Positions 43,608 through 53,323 of a stretch of 59,852 nucleotides of DNA are shown here, in pieces (positions within the stretch are counted from its first letter, which is position 1; each line of letters opens with the position of its first letter). This DNA is from Candidatus Nomurabacteria bacterium (GTDB lineage: Bacteria; Patescibacteriota; Minisyncoccia; Phycocordibacterales; UBA918). The notes beneath the pieces are model-generated. The model did not search any database and was not told the DNA's origin. It worked only from the letters and a program-made list of their open reading frames with translations. Where the stretch lies: assembly GCA_020632015.1 (NCBI GenBank), contig JACKGI010000004.1, positions 1-59,852 of the forward strand, in the 5' to 3' direction. The translations under genes and the position numbers were made by a program.

Positions 43608-45147
43608 GTTCGTTGTCGAGAGCTATCTTGATACGCTTTCTGGCAAGGGAAGTTTTAGTGAAGTGAAGCCATTTTGGGCTTGGCTTTGCTGATTTTCGAG
43701 TCTCTATTTCTACTATGTCACCATTCCTTAGCTCAGTATCTAGCTGGACAAGTTTTCGGTTTACCTTTGCTCCTGAAGTATGATCTCCGACTTCAGAGTG
43801 GATTGCGTAAGCAAAGTCTATTGGGGTGGCTCCAACCGGCAAGTCAACCACGTCACCAATTGGAGTAAAGACAAAAATTCGGTTTGAAAAGAAATCAGAC
43901 TCTGCGTCTTCCAAAAACTCGCTGGTAGGGTGTTCTGATTCAGTATTATAAGTTTGGCCAATTTGGGAAATCCAGCGGGGAATTTTTTTATAGTGAGGAG
44001 TCTTAGCTGTTTCTTCTAGGTTCTCTTCCAATTCAGTCTTCCTCCTAGAGAAAGGTTTAAAAAGACCGGGAACCAGACTAGAAAAACGAGAAGGCTCTTT
44101 TTGTTTATCGCTAACTACTGGTTGTTTATAGAAAACGTGTGAAGCTACACCAAACTCAGCTTCTCTGTGCATTTGTTGGGTACGGATTTGTATTTCAAGA
44201 ATCACTCCGTTGTGCGTGGTAACTGTGGTGTGAAGGGACTGATAACCATTGGGTTTAGGAAAAGCGATATAGTCTTTTACTCGTTTAGGTAGTGGTCTCC
44301 AGAGTTCGTGAATAATACCGAGAGTTCTATAGCAATCGTCAACACTATTGACTACGATTCGCATCGCTAGTAGGTCATAGATGACGTCGATATCCCATTC
44401 CTTGCGAGTAAGTTTGTTGTATAAACTATACATCCCTTTGACCCGATAAGAAGTTTGAAAATTAATTAACCCAACATCAGCAAGTCTTTTTTGAAGAACT
44501 TTACGTTCTCTTTCCAGCATCTCCTTGGCGTTACCAAAGCGACGAGAAAGTGATTCAGAAACGCGTAGTGCTTCTTCTGGATAGACATATGGGAAGGCTA
44601 GGTCTTCAAGTTCTTTGCGAAGCTTACCCATCCCGAGTCTGTGAGCGACCGGTACATATATCTCTAGAGTCTCACGAGCAATTCGGAGTTGTTTTTCTGC
44701 TGGTACGTGGTTTAGGGTTTCTAGGTTGTGTAGCCTGTCGACTAGCTTGATGATTAGAACCCTGATGTCTTGGCTCGTGGCAACAAAAAGCTTACGAAGA
44801 CTCTCGTTGTGTCTGTCGGTCCCGTAATAACGTACCGAACTTAGTTTGGTTACACCTTCAACTAGGAATAAGATTTCCTCACCAAATTCTCTTTTAATAT
44901 CCTCAGATGTCACGGGCGTATCTTCTATCGTGTCATGTAGGAGTCCGGCGCTAATGGTCCTTGGTCCCATACTCATGGCGGCCAGTTTGTAACCAACTGC
45001 CGCTGTGTGAATCATGTACGGGTCACCAGAATAACGCTTATGATCTTTGTGTGCTTCGGCAGCGTAATCATAAGCTTTTTTAACCAACTTCCGATCTTCA
45101 TCGGTTGGGTTATTTAGTAGAGCAATAATTTCATCAGCTGTATGCAT
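43597..45147 (-). CDS. rel: bifunctional (p)ppGpp synthetase/hydrolase (RelA/SpoT homolog)
   Basis: HD hydrolase domain (HDTIEDT), RelA_SpoT synthetase domain (YQSLHTTV), and a TGS domain at the C-terminus. Confidence 0.9.
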   Translation of the reverse strand: MHTADEIIALLNNPTDEDRKLVKKAYDYAAEAHKDHKRYSGDPYMIHTAAVGYKLAAMSMGPRTISAGLLHDTIEDTPVTSEDIKREFGEEILFLVEGVTKLSSVRYYGTDRHNESLRKLFVATSQDIRVLIIKLVDRLHNLETLNHVPAEKQLRIARETLEIYVPVAHRLGMGKLRKELEDLAFPYVYPEEALRVSESLSRRFGNAKEMLERERKVLQKRLADVGLINFQTSYRVKGMYSLYNKLTRKEWDIDVIYDLLAMRIVVNSVDDCYRTLGIIHELWRPLPKRVKDYIAFPKPNGYQSLHTTVTTHNGVILEIQIRTQQMHREAEFGVASHVFYKQPVVSDKQKEPSRFSSLVPGLFKPFSRRKTELEENLEETAKTPHYKKIPRWISQIGQTYNTESEHPTSEFLEDAESDFFSNRIFVFTPIGDVVDLPVGATPIDFAYAIHSEVGDHTSGAKVNRKLVQLDTELRNGDIVEIETRKSAKPSPKWLHFTKTSLARKRIKIALDNEPKL

Positions 45148-45203
45148 TCTTGTATTCTAGAGACAGAATTGAATATTGACAAGTAACAGCTTTAATTCTG
45201 GAT

Positions 45204-47567
45204 TTATTTTTGTTTTAAGAGATCGATAGCGTCTTCTAGGGTTAGTTTTTCTGTAGTGATGCTGTCAGGGATGCCAATCCTCTTAAAACCTTTTTTTAGA
45301 TAACGTCCTGATTTTGACTCAAATACATTAATGAGTTTTCTGGTCTTCGGGTTAACGCCTAGTTCCTTGATGAGTTTCTCACCTTTCCGCAGAGTTTTTG
45401 GTTCAGCTAGAATTTCCATTGCCCTAGCAAAAGTTATTTCGTATGGATTATCTTTTGGGTCCTTAAGGGAACGGAAGTCACCGGCATGCGCGATGTATGG
45501 ACCGAATTGTCCTGAATTAGCCATGACCGGTTCACCGGTTTTAGGGTGTGAGCCAAGTTCACGGGGAAGTAGTAGGTATTTAACTGCATCCTCTAAGGTC
45601 ACATCCTCAGGTTTAACATCAGCTGGCAGAGTGGCTCTTCTTGGTTTTTCAGCTTTCTTACCTTTAACTTTTTCCGGAGTTTCTCCGAGTTGAACATATG
45701 GTCCAAAACGACCGTTCATTACAAAAATAGGTTCGCCAGTTTCTGGATGGTTTCCAATTGGTTCGTCAGGTTTTACTTCAGCACCATCGATAAGTCGAGC
45801 TCCATCACAATCTGGGAATTTTGAGCAAGAGAGAAACGTTCCGTTTCTTCCTAGTTTTTTTACCATGCCAGCTCCGCATACAGGGCAGGGGAATTCTTTC
45901 GGACCGTCTCCCAAAGTGGTTAATTTTTCTATATCTTCTTTTGCGTCGACCGCCTTCTTGAATGGTGTGTATAGGTCAGTCAAGGTCTTCTTGTAGGTTC
46001 GCTCACCGGTTGCTATTTCGTCAAGTTCATTTTCCATCTCACTAGTGAAGTCGTCACCAATATATTCAGCGAAGTGTTTCTCAAGGAATGAAGAAACCAC
46101 ATCCCCAGTGTCAGTCGGAATTAGGGTTCTTCCTTCTTTTGCTACATAACCACGCTGAACAATAGTATTCATAATCGACGCGTAGGTAGAAGGTCGGCCG
46201 ATCCCTCTTTTTTCGAGTTCCTTGATTAGTCCCGCTTCCGTATATCGGTTTGGTGGTTGAGTTTGTTTTGCTTCTACCTCAACTTCCTTGCACTTGAGAA
46301 TGTTTCCTTCAGATAGTTTTGGTACCTCGGTATCCTCTCCACGGGCTCTGAAGTCAACCTTTAACCAGCCATCAAAAATAACTCTAGAACCATTAACACT
46401 AAAGTCGGGAATCTCTTCTTTTGCGTTTGTTACGTTGGTCAATAACTTCGTACGTTTCAAAGTCGCGTCTGCCATTTGTGAGGCGACCGCGCGCTCCCAA
46501 ATTAATTCATATAATGCTTTTTGGTCGGCTGTTGTACCAGCACTAAGTTTTGTGAATGTAGTTGGTCTAACTGCTTCGTGAGCTTCCTGAGCTGACTTAC
46601 TTTTTGATTTAAAGGTTCTTGGTGAAACGTAATTTTTTCCGTGCTCCTTTGTAATGTAGGCAAGGATTTGTTTTTGAGCTTGGGAACTTAGGGTCGGACT
46701 ATCTGTACGCATGTAGGTAATGTGTCCTGCTTCGTACAGTTTTTGCGCCGCGCCCATGGTGCGAGAGGGTGTAAAGCCTAGTCGAGTTGAAGCAGTCTGT
46801 TGGAGAGTAGAGGTTGTGAAGGGAGGGCGCGGCGCTCGCTTCGCTTCGCTTTCTTTAATTGATTTGATTTCCCAATCATGGCTTTCTCCGATTTCTTTAA
46901 TTCGATTAGCCTCTTTTTCATTGTCAGGTTCAGTCGTGCAGACAAAAGGCAAAACATCCTTACTTTCCTTGAGTTGAGCAGTTAAGACAAAATAATCATC
47001 AGGAACGAAGGCTCGAATTTCTCTTTCTCTTTCCATAACAATCCTTAATGCCGGAGACTGAACTCGACCAGCCGAAAGACCGTAGCGAACTTTTTTCCAA
47101 ATTAATCCTGAGAGTTCGTAACCAACTAAACGGTCAAGCACTCGGCGAGCCTCTTGAGCTTCCTTGAGGTTAATATCAATATCTCTTGGATGTTCAATTG
47201 CTTCAAGAATCGCATCCTTAGTAATTTCGTTGAAGGCTACTCGCTTAAGGTTTTTATTTTGCTTTTTAATCATCTCGGCGACGTGCCAAGCAATAGCTTC
47301 TCCTTCACGGTCGGGGTCAGCTGCAAGGATTACCTCGTCAGATTTTTTTGCAGCTGATTGTAATCCTTCTATGACTTTTTCTTTTCCAGGGGAGATTATG
47401 TAACGAGGAATAAAGCCACCTTCGATATCGACAGCGTCTTTGTTTGTCTTAGGTAAGTCACGAATATGTCCAATTGAAGACATAACCTTATAACCTTTAC
47501 CTAAATATTTTTCGATGGTTTTTGCCTTGGCTGGCGACTCCACGATGACGAGGGTTTGTTTTGACAT
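45204..47567 (-). CDS. topA: DNA topoisomerase I
   Basis: TOPRIM LVIVESPAKAKTI, active-site region ITYMRTDS, C-terminal zinc ribbons (CPVCGAGM...C..C). The ATG at 47567 gives a canonical N-terminus. Confidence 0.95.
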   Translation of the reverse strand: MSKQTLVIVESPAKAKTIEKYLGKGYKVMSSIGHIRDLPKTNKDAVDIEGGFIPRYIISPGKEKVIEGLQSAAKKSDEVILAADPDREGEAIAWHVAEMIKKQNKNLKRVAFNEITKDAILEAIEHPRDIDINLKEAQEARRVLDRLVGYELSGLIWKKVRYGLSAGRVQSPALRIVMEREREIRAFVPDDYFVLTAQLKESKDVLPFVCTTEPDNEKEANRIKEIGESHDWEIKSIKESEAKRAPRPPFTTSTLQQTASTRLGFTPSRTMGAAQKLYEAGHITYMRTDSPTLSSQAQKQILAYITKEHGKNYVSPRTFKSKSKSAQEAHEAVRPTTFTKLSAGTTADQKALYELIWERAVASQMADATLKRTKLLTNVTNAKEEIPDFSVNGSRVIFDGWLKVDFRARGEDTEVPKLSEGNILKCKEVEVEAKQTQPPNRYTEAGLIKELEKRGIGRPSTYASIMNTIVQRGYVAKEGRTLIPTDTGDVVSSFLEKHFAEYIGDDFTSEMENELDEIATGERTYKKTLTDLYTPFKKAVDAKEDIEKLTTLGDGPKEFPCPVCGAGMVKKLGRNGTFLSCSKFPDCDGARLIDGAEVKPDEPIGNHPETGEPIFVMNGRFGPYVQLGETPEKVKGKKAEKPRRATLPADVKPEDVTLEDAVKYLLLPRELGSHPKTGEPVMANSGQFGPYIAHAGDFRSLKDPKDNPYEITFARAMEILAEPKTLRKGEKLIKELGVNPKTRKLINVFESKSGRYLKKGFKRIGIPDSITTEKLTLEDAIDLLKQK

Positions 47568-47629
47568 AATATTATGTGAGTAACAAATACTAGGGTTCAG
47601 TAAATCTGTCAAATACTAATTTTTATAAC

Positions 47630-48493
47630 TTATAGAGAATTTCGGTATACATTTTGGTTCGATGAGATAAGTCCGTTGATTTCCATTAGCATAAGAAGTT
47701 GAGTACTTTCGTGAACAGGTAAGTCTATTTTGCGAATTAATTCATCTCGATGTGTCGGCTCATGTAACAAATTAATTACCAGTTGCTCAGCTGGGGATAA
47801 GGTTAGTTTTTGTTGAGTTGGGGCAGTGTCGTTTTCTTCAATTCCAAGTGCATCCAGAATGTCTTTACTTGAAGTAACTGGCGTTGCTCCAAGTTTTAAA
47901 AATTGATGGACTCCTTTGCTGTTTGAGGAAAAAATACTCCCTGGTACAACCAGGAGGTCTCGATTGTAGTCAGTTGCCATTCTGGCTGTGATAAGGGTTC
48001 CAGATTTCTCGGCTGCTTCTATGAGTAAGGTGGCTTGGCTAATTCCAGCAACCAGTCTGTTTCTTTGTGGAAATGACCAGTTGGTTGCTTGAAAATCTGG
48101 GTCGAATTCTGAGAGAAGTCCACCCCCAGCTTCTAGAATCCGATAAGCAAGTTTTTTGTGAGTGGCAGGGTATAATCGCTGATCGCTGAGTCCACCTCCA
48201 GGTATGGCCAACGTGTATAGATTGTTTTTTAAAGCTGATTCATGAGCTAGTGAATCTACACCAAGTGCCATACCAGATACGATTCCAATCGGGTAGTTTT
48301 TGAGCCCACCAACTAATTCTTCAATGACTTGCTTACCGTATGAAGTGTATTTTCGTGAACCAACAATAGATAAAAGTTTAAGTTCAGGAGAAGGAAGGTG
48401 CCCTCTGTAATTCAGAGATTTTGGAGACTGGGGGATTTCCCGTAAGCCTACGGGAAATCCCCCAGCCGGCAGAACTTCAATCGGAAAGTGCAT
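47630..48493 (-). CDS. dprA: DNA processing protein DprA
   Basis: SMF/DprA Rossmann core (IVSGMALGVDSLAHE, GSGTLITAR) and a C-terminal winged-helix-like tail. Confidence 0.88.
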   Translation of the reverse strand: MHFPIEVLPAGGFPVGLREIPQSPKSLNYRGHLPSPELKLLSIVGSRKYTSYGKQVIEELVGGLKNYPIGIVSGMALGVDSLAHESALKNNLYTLAIPGGGLSDQRLYPATHKKLAYRILEAGGGLLSEFDPDFQATNWSFPQRNRLVAGISQATLLIEAAEKSGTLITARMATDYNRDLLVVPGSIFSSNSKGVHQFLKLGATPVTSSKDILDALGIEENDTAPTQQKLTLSPAEQLVINLLHEPTHRDELIRKIDLPVHESTQLLMLMEINGLISSNQNVYRNSL

Positions 48494-48526
48494 ATAAGCA
48501 AAATTCTAACACGCTACGAAAATAGC

Positions 48527-48554
48527 TTGACAAAATACTTAATACATGTATAAT
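48527..48554 (+). promoter_or_regulatory. consensus sigma70 promoter
   Basis: TTGACA (48527-48532), 16-nt spacer ending in TG, TATAAT (48549-48554). Confidence 0.55.
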
Positions 48555-48560
48555 ATTAAA

Positions 48561-48959
48561 TAAACCTAGAGACTGAAGAGAAGCGCTGGGTTACTTCTTC
48601 GCTACACAATAACGTAGCGATACAGTCCTCTCCATGAGGAAATAGGCTGTGACTATTTGCCAGCCAAATGTCGAGAGATATGACTAGGAGACCGTTAACC
48701 CTAAATGACGCATCCGTGATTATCTTCGATTCCAAAACGAGCGTAGCCTTCCTGATTAAGTAAATTATTATTTAAAAAGGACTGAAGCGGAATGACTTAC
48801 AAAAGTCGCCATCCTCTGCGCACTCGGTGGCCGTTATTTCCAAGTTAGATACTTTTTATCTCCCGTTGGTTTGGCGGGTTACATCCAAACAAGACGACCC
48901 TCCCATCGAGTTGAGGGTTGCACCAAGGTCCGGTGAGAATTATTCTCCCGGCCTTTTTT
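48561..48959 (+). ncRNA. candidate ~400-nt structured RNA or 5' leader, class unknown
   Basis: ORF-poor interval between a consensus promoter and an intrinsic terminator (hairpin 48927-48953 plus T6). Several local hairpins. GACTGAAG box repeated at about 48571 and about 48780. Confidence 0.4.
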
Positions 48960-49029
48960 ATTTACATCAACAGACAGACTCCAAGTTTCCTTGTCGCGTG
49001 CTAATATTATTGAATAAAGATACTTTTCT

Positions 49030-51645
49030 ATGCAGGGAAACTTAAACTCAAATACAGAGAACTACTTAACAAAGAATTCTATTGGTGTACCAGAATACAA
49101 ACCCAAGGATGAATTTTTTAAAGAAAAGGATTTTAGTGACAAAAAGCCATCTGGCTACAAGCGAGAAAAAGTCAGTGTGAATGATGCGCTTGAGGAATTG
49201 GAAGATGAGTCACCTCTTGAATTAAATGATTTCGATGACGGTTTGACCGATGAGGAGTTTAAGTTTTCTTTGGAGCGTGAGCTTGAGAAACAATTATCGG
49301 AAAATGATTCCTCTAGCGAAATGCCAAACGGACACTTTCAAGATGCGCTTAAAAATGCTCTGGAGAAAGAAAAAGTCGAGAATGAACCAAAGGAGAAAGA
49401 AACTCCAGAAGACAATACTGACGAGAACGAGAACGAGAACGAGAACGTGAACGAAGTTCTTGGTGGGGCTACAAATGACGAGACCGAGGTTGTGCCAGTA
49501 GAGGGGACCTTGGAAGGAGAGCTTGTATCTGCTGATATTGAATCACTGTCTGAACAAAGTCCTCAAAGTCCTGAGCGAGAAGAATACTTGCGTTTGAAAC
49601 AGGAGTTTAAACAAACTCAAAAAAAATACTTGGATGCCGTCGCTGAAGATTACACTACTCGTGATCATGTGAGTAAGCTTCTTGGTATCGGTCGTCATAA
49701 TATGAGTGACTCGACAAAAGAGGCTCACGATAGGTATTTGTCTGCTAATCGTGCTTTCTATGAATATTCACGTGACAGTGAAAGTTTTAGAGTAATAGCT
49801 GAAAGGGCTGAGCGCATGAATAGAGTAAACCATCATGATGCTGAGAGCTTTTCAATTGAACCTTCTTTGGTTGGCCGACATATACTTAATACGGCAGAGA
49901 AGCGTCTTAAACTACAGACCTCAAGGCTGATGCCAGAAAGATTGTCTCAGACACTAGGTCGTGTTTCTGGACTTATAAAAAATCATCCAAGAATTGCGAT
50001 TACTGCAGGAGTCGTGGCACTGGGAGTAGGCGGTGCCGTAGCAGGAGCAGGAGCTGTTGGCCTGTATGCAGGTAAGGTCGGACTAGGTTTTGCTACTAGA
50101 TATGGTGGTAGCATGATAGCCAACAAAACTTTGTTGCAAAATAAAGAAAGTAAACTGAAAGAAATAACTGACCAAGCTATAGGTGTTTTAGGTCAGATGG
50201 ACGAAGAAACTTTAGAGAGATATGAAGAGGAAATTTTACGTGCAAGTAATACTGTTCAAAAAACTAAAACCGGTATTAAAATAGCTTCTCGAATGGCTGG
50301 TATCGGTGTTGCTGGTGCGGCATTTTCTCCAGAAATTAATGATTTCCTTACAGACGCTCCAGACAATCTACCAACAGGAGACGGTGGGGCCGGATTAGGT
50401 TTGGTCCCTCCTGAAGCGCCCGTTAATCCGACCGACGTGATTCCGGAATCACCAGTTGTCCCAGAAGGGCAAAGTACAGAGTTGCCAGTACAGGAAAAAG
50501 CTCCACTTTCAGAAGTAGCAAAAGGTTGGGTTGAAAGTGAATCAATGCAAACTCCGTCATCAGTTGAGATGGAAATACTCCATGACGTAAAAGAGGGCGA
50601 TACTTTGTCAAAAGTTGTTTTTGATGAAGTCGAAAAAAGACTTACCGCGGGTTCTGCAAGCTTGCCAGATCGGGCAATGGGAAACGGTGGGCTAATGAGT
50701 TTCATGTTGGAAAAGTTTCCCGAATTTAGTAATGGGACCGATATTTCTCCAACCTTAAGTCCAGAACAATGGCAAAGACTGGGTGTTAGTAGCGGTAATC
50801 CGCACATGATTTTTTATGACAATGATGTGGTAAATGTTGATGCAATAATAAAAATCATGGAGGGACAGCCGGTCAAAGAAGTGCTTGATAGTTTGCCTGA
50901 ATTAGAAAACGCAAGTCAGATAAGTGAGTCTACTAGTATGTTCTCTGGCAATGAAAATAATTTGACTTTAGAAGAAGCGGAAGAATTTGCTCCTAAATAT
51001 GCTTCTGATCAAATAATTGATGCTCCAAAGAGTTTTGAGGTTAGTTCGGAGCCAGAGCCTGTAATTCCTCTAGAAGCATCTCCTGAGCCAGAAGCTGTTC
51101 CTTCTGTTGAGTCTCCAGTCTCTAACGAAGTGATTCATGACTTGCCTACTTCGCAGGAATCTATTAATGAAAGCTCTGAGTATGGTCCGTACGAAACCAA
51201 TGATGTAGATAACGCATCTGTAGAATCTGCTTTTGAGGATTTTGATAATGCTGGATATTTTGTCGGAGAATACTATCAAGGCATGACTCATACCTTTGAC
51301 GGAGAGACAGGTTTACTGACTTTACTTAGTGATACGATTAAGGAGGGTCTGTATCAGAGAGGAGATCTGGCACCCCCGATGAGATTGGTTAGTGGTGACA
51401 ATGACTTCCTCGGAGATATAGATGGATATCTGTATCAAGGATTGCTCGAACTATCAGGAGGTGTAGCGAGTAGCGATTATGTGTTTTTCCCAGAAGGAAC
51501 GGTTTTGAATCCTGAAGACTGGGAGGTTTTTGGTATTACCAGCGATAACCCAATGAAGCCAAACGCTGGTGATGAGTTCGAGGTAGGAAAATTTTTAGAG
51601 TTTATGCTAGGTGGTAATAACGAAGTTTTGTTAAATAACGAGTAA
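49030..51645 (+). CDS. large acidic hypothetical protein with central Gly/Ala-rich TM segments
   Basis: 871 aa. NENENENV repeat, hydrophobic block ITAGVVALGVGGAVAGAGAVGLYAGKVGLGF, Pro/Glu-rich spacers. Confidence 0.6.
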   Translation: MQGNLNSNTENYLTKNSIGVPEYKPKDEFFKEKDFSDKKPSGYKREKVSVNDALEELEDESPLELNDFDDGLTDEEFKFSLERELEKQLSENDSSSEMPNGHFQDALKNALEKEKVENEPKEKETPEDNTDENENENENVNEVLGGATNDETEVVPVEGTLEGELVSADIESLSEQSPQSPEREEYLRLKQEFKQTQKKYLDAVAEDYTTRDHVSKLLGIGRHNMSDSTKEAHDRYLSANRAFYEYSRDSESFRVIAERAERMNRVNHHDAESFSIEPSLVGRHILNTAEKRLKLQTSRLMPERLSQTLGRVSGLIKNHPRIAITAGVVALGVGGAVAGAGAVGLYAGKVGLGFATRYGGSMIANKTLLQNKESKLKEITDQAIGVLGQMDEETLERYEEEILRASNTVQKTKTGIKIASRMAGIGVAGAAFSPEINDFLTDAPDNLPTGDGGAGLGLVPPEAPVNPTDVIPESPVVPEGQSTELPVQEKAPLSEVAKGWVESESMQTPSSVEMEILHDVKEGDTLSKVVFDEVEKRLTAGSASLPDRAMGNGGLMSFMLEKFPEFSNGTDISPTLSPEQWQRLGVSSGNPHMIFYDNDVVNVDAIIKIMEGQPVKEVLDSLPELENASQISESTSMFSGNENNLTLEEAEEFAPKYASDQIIDAPKSFEVSSEPEPVIPLEASPEPEAVPSVESPVSNEVIHDLPTSQESINESSEYGPYETNDVDNASVESAFEDFDNAGYFVGEYYQGMTHTFDGETGLLTLLSDTIKEGLYQRGDLAPPMRLVSGDNDFLGDIDGYLYQGLLELSGGVASSDYVFFPEGTVLNPEDWEVFGITSDNPMKPNAGDEFEVGKFLEFMLGGNNEVLLNNE

Positions 51646-51650
51646 GTATT

Positions 51651-51953
51651 ATGTCTGAAGATACTAGTGAAATAACTTTGGGAGATTTACTTGGTGTTGA
51701 AAAAATACCAGAAGATCAAAGAGACGCTTTTTTGGCAAGGGTCGGGAATCTTCTTATTGATTCTTCAGTTGCAAGACTACTCGTTTCACTCGATGATGGT
51801 CAGGTGAATAAGCTTGAAATGTATCTTGAGAATGTCTCTCCAGAAGATGATGTTTTTGCTTATCTTTTACGTACTTATCCAGACTTTCAACCAATTGTAG
51901 AAAAAGAAATAGCCGCCTTGCACTTTGAGGCTTCTGAAATATTTGGAAGTTAA
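51651..51953 (+). CDS. hypothetical small acidic protein
   Basis: 100-aa ORF starting 5 nt after the upstream gene. No motif recognised. Confidence 0.5.
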   Translation: MSEDTSEITLGDLLGVEKIPEDQRDAFLARVGNLLIDSSVARLLVSLDDGQVNKLEMYLENVSPEDDVFAYLLRTYPDFQPIVEKEIAALHFEASEIFGS

Positions 51954-52006
51954 TTGCCTAATTCTAACTGTAAGCTTGGGTAGTTTCGTGTATAATCAAA
52001 CCCATT

Positions 52007-53269
52007 ATGTTGGATATTAAATTCATTCGGGAAAATTTAGACGTTGTAAAAATGGCTGTCGCCAAGAAAAAGATGACAGTCGATTTGGATAAATTAATAA
52101 AAGTTGACGATTCTCGTCGAGAAGTAATGTCGCGACTGGAGACTAAAAGAGCGGAGCAAAACAAAGTCTCTGATGGTATCCCATCGGCGACAGACCAAAT
52201 GACACGAGAGAATTTGATTGCTGAAATGCAGACTTTAAAAGCTGAAATTCAGAAGGATGAAGAAGCCTTGCGTTCTATAATGGAAGAGTGGCAAGCTCTA
52301 ATGTTGCAGGTGCCAAACATCCCCGACATGTCAGTTCCGGATGGAAATAGCGATGCAGACAATGAAGAGATTAAAACTTGGGGAGAAAAAAATCATTTTA
52401 ATTTTGAACCAAAAGACCACGTTGAGTTGATGAATAAGCATGGAATGGTTGATTTTGAACGTGGTTCAAAGGTGCATGGTTTTCGAGGTTATTATCTTTT
52501 AGGTGATGGCGCCAGACTGTCTTGGGCGATTTGGAATTATGCTAATGACTTCTTCCAAGATAAAGGTTTTGTTCCGGTTCTTCCTCCTTCGATAGTTAGA
52601 AAAGCAAATCTATACGGAACAGGACACTTGCCGAATGAGGCCGATGATGTGTACAAGACTCAAGACGAAGATTATTTGATTGGAACTAGTGAAGTTTCAG
52701 TGATGGGTTATTACTCAGATGAAATTATCGACAAGAGTTTATTTCCGGTAAAGTTTTTGGGATTTTCTCCATGCTACAGACGTGAAGCTGGTAGTCACGG
52801 GAAGGATACACGTGGACTTATTAGAGTGCATGAGTTCTACAAGTTAGAGCAAGTAATGCTTTGTGAAGCTTCTCATCAGGTAAGCGTAGAGTTTCATGAA
52901 TGGCTCAATAGAAACACAGAAGAATTTATTGAATCACTCGGAATTCCATATCGAACAGTTTTGAATTGTGGCGGAGACTTAGGTCAGGGGCAAGTGAAGA
53001 AATATGATATTGAACTCTGGGTTCCAGGAGAAAAGACTTATCGAGAGATTAGCTCGGCATCGTATTTCCATGACTTTCAAACTAGGCGATTTAATATTCG
53101 CTATCGAGAAGAAGATGGAAAAATAAGGTATGCGCACTCATTAAACTGTACCGCTATTCCAACTCCGCGTATTCTCGTCTCCCTAATGGAAAACTTCCAG
53201 CAGGCAGATGGCACTATTAAGATTCCGGAAGTGCTCCAAAAGTACTTCGGCAAGGAACAAATTGGGTAG
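52007..53269 (+). CDS. serS: seryl-tRNA synthetase
   Basis: N-terminal coiled-coil MLDIKFIRENLD and class II motifs (FSPCYRREAGSHG, SLNCTAIPTPRILV). Confidence 0.95.
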   Translation: MLDIKFIRENLDVVKMAVAKKKMTVDLDKLIKVDDSRREVMSRLETKRAEQNKVSDGIPSATDQMTRENLIAEMQTLKAEIQKDEEALRSIMEEWQALMLQVPNIPDMSVPDGNSDADNEEIKTWGEKNHFNFEPKDHVELMNKHGMVDFERGSKVHGFRGYYLLGDGARLSWAIWNYANDFFQDKGFVPVLPPSIVRKANLYGTGHLPNEADDVYKTQDEDYLIGTSEVSVMGYYSDEIIDKSLFPVKFLGFSPCYRREAGSHGKDTRGLIRVHEFYKLEQVMLCEASHQVSVEFHEWLNRNTEEFIESLGIPYRTVLNCGGDLGQGQVKKYDIELWVPGEKTYREISSASYFHDFQTRRFNIRYREEDGKIRYAHSLNCTAIPTPRILVSLMENFQQADGTIKIPEVLQKYFGKEQIG

Positions 53270-53323
53270 GAGGATAATGAGCGCCGGCCGAAGGCCGGCG
53301 CTCATTTATGCTACGATACAAGC

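Noticed and set aside
48561-48959. Considered a T-box leader, cobalamin riboswitch, tmRNA or RNase P RNA.
   Set aside because: CGGTGGCCG deviates from the T-box GGGTGGTACCGCG, and the downstream gene is not amino-acid related. The B12-box-like ACTAGGAGACCG lacks the accompanying conserved GCCACTG. No tRNA-like ends and no P4 signature were found. Left unclassified.
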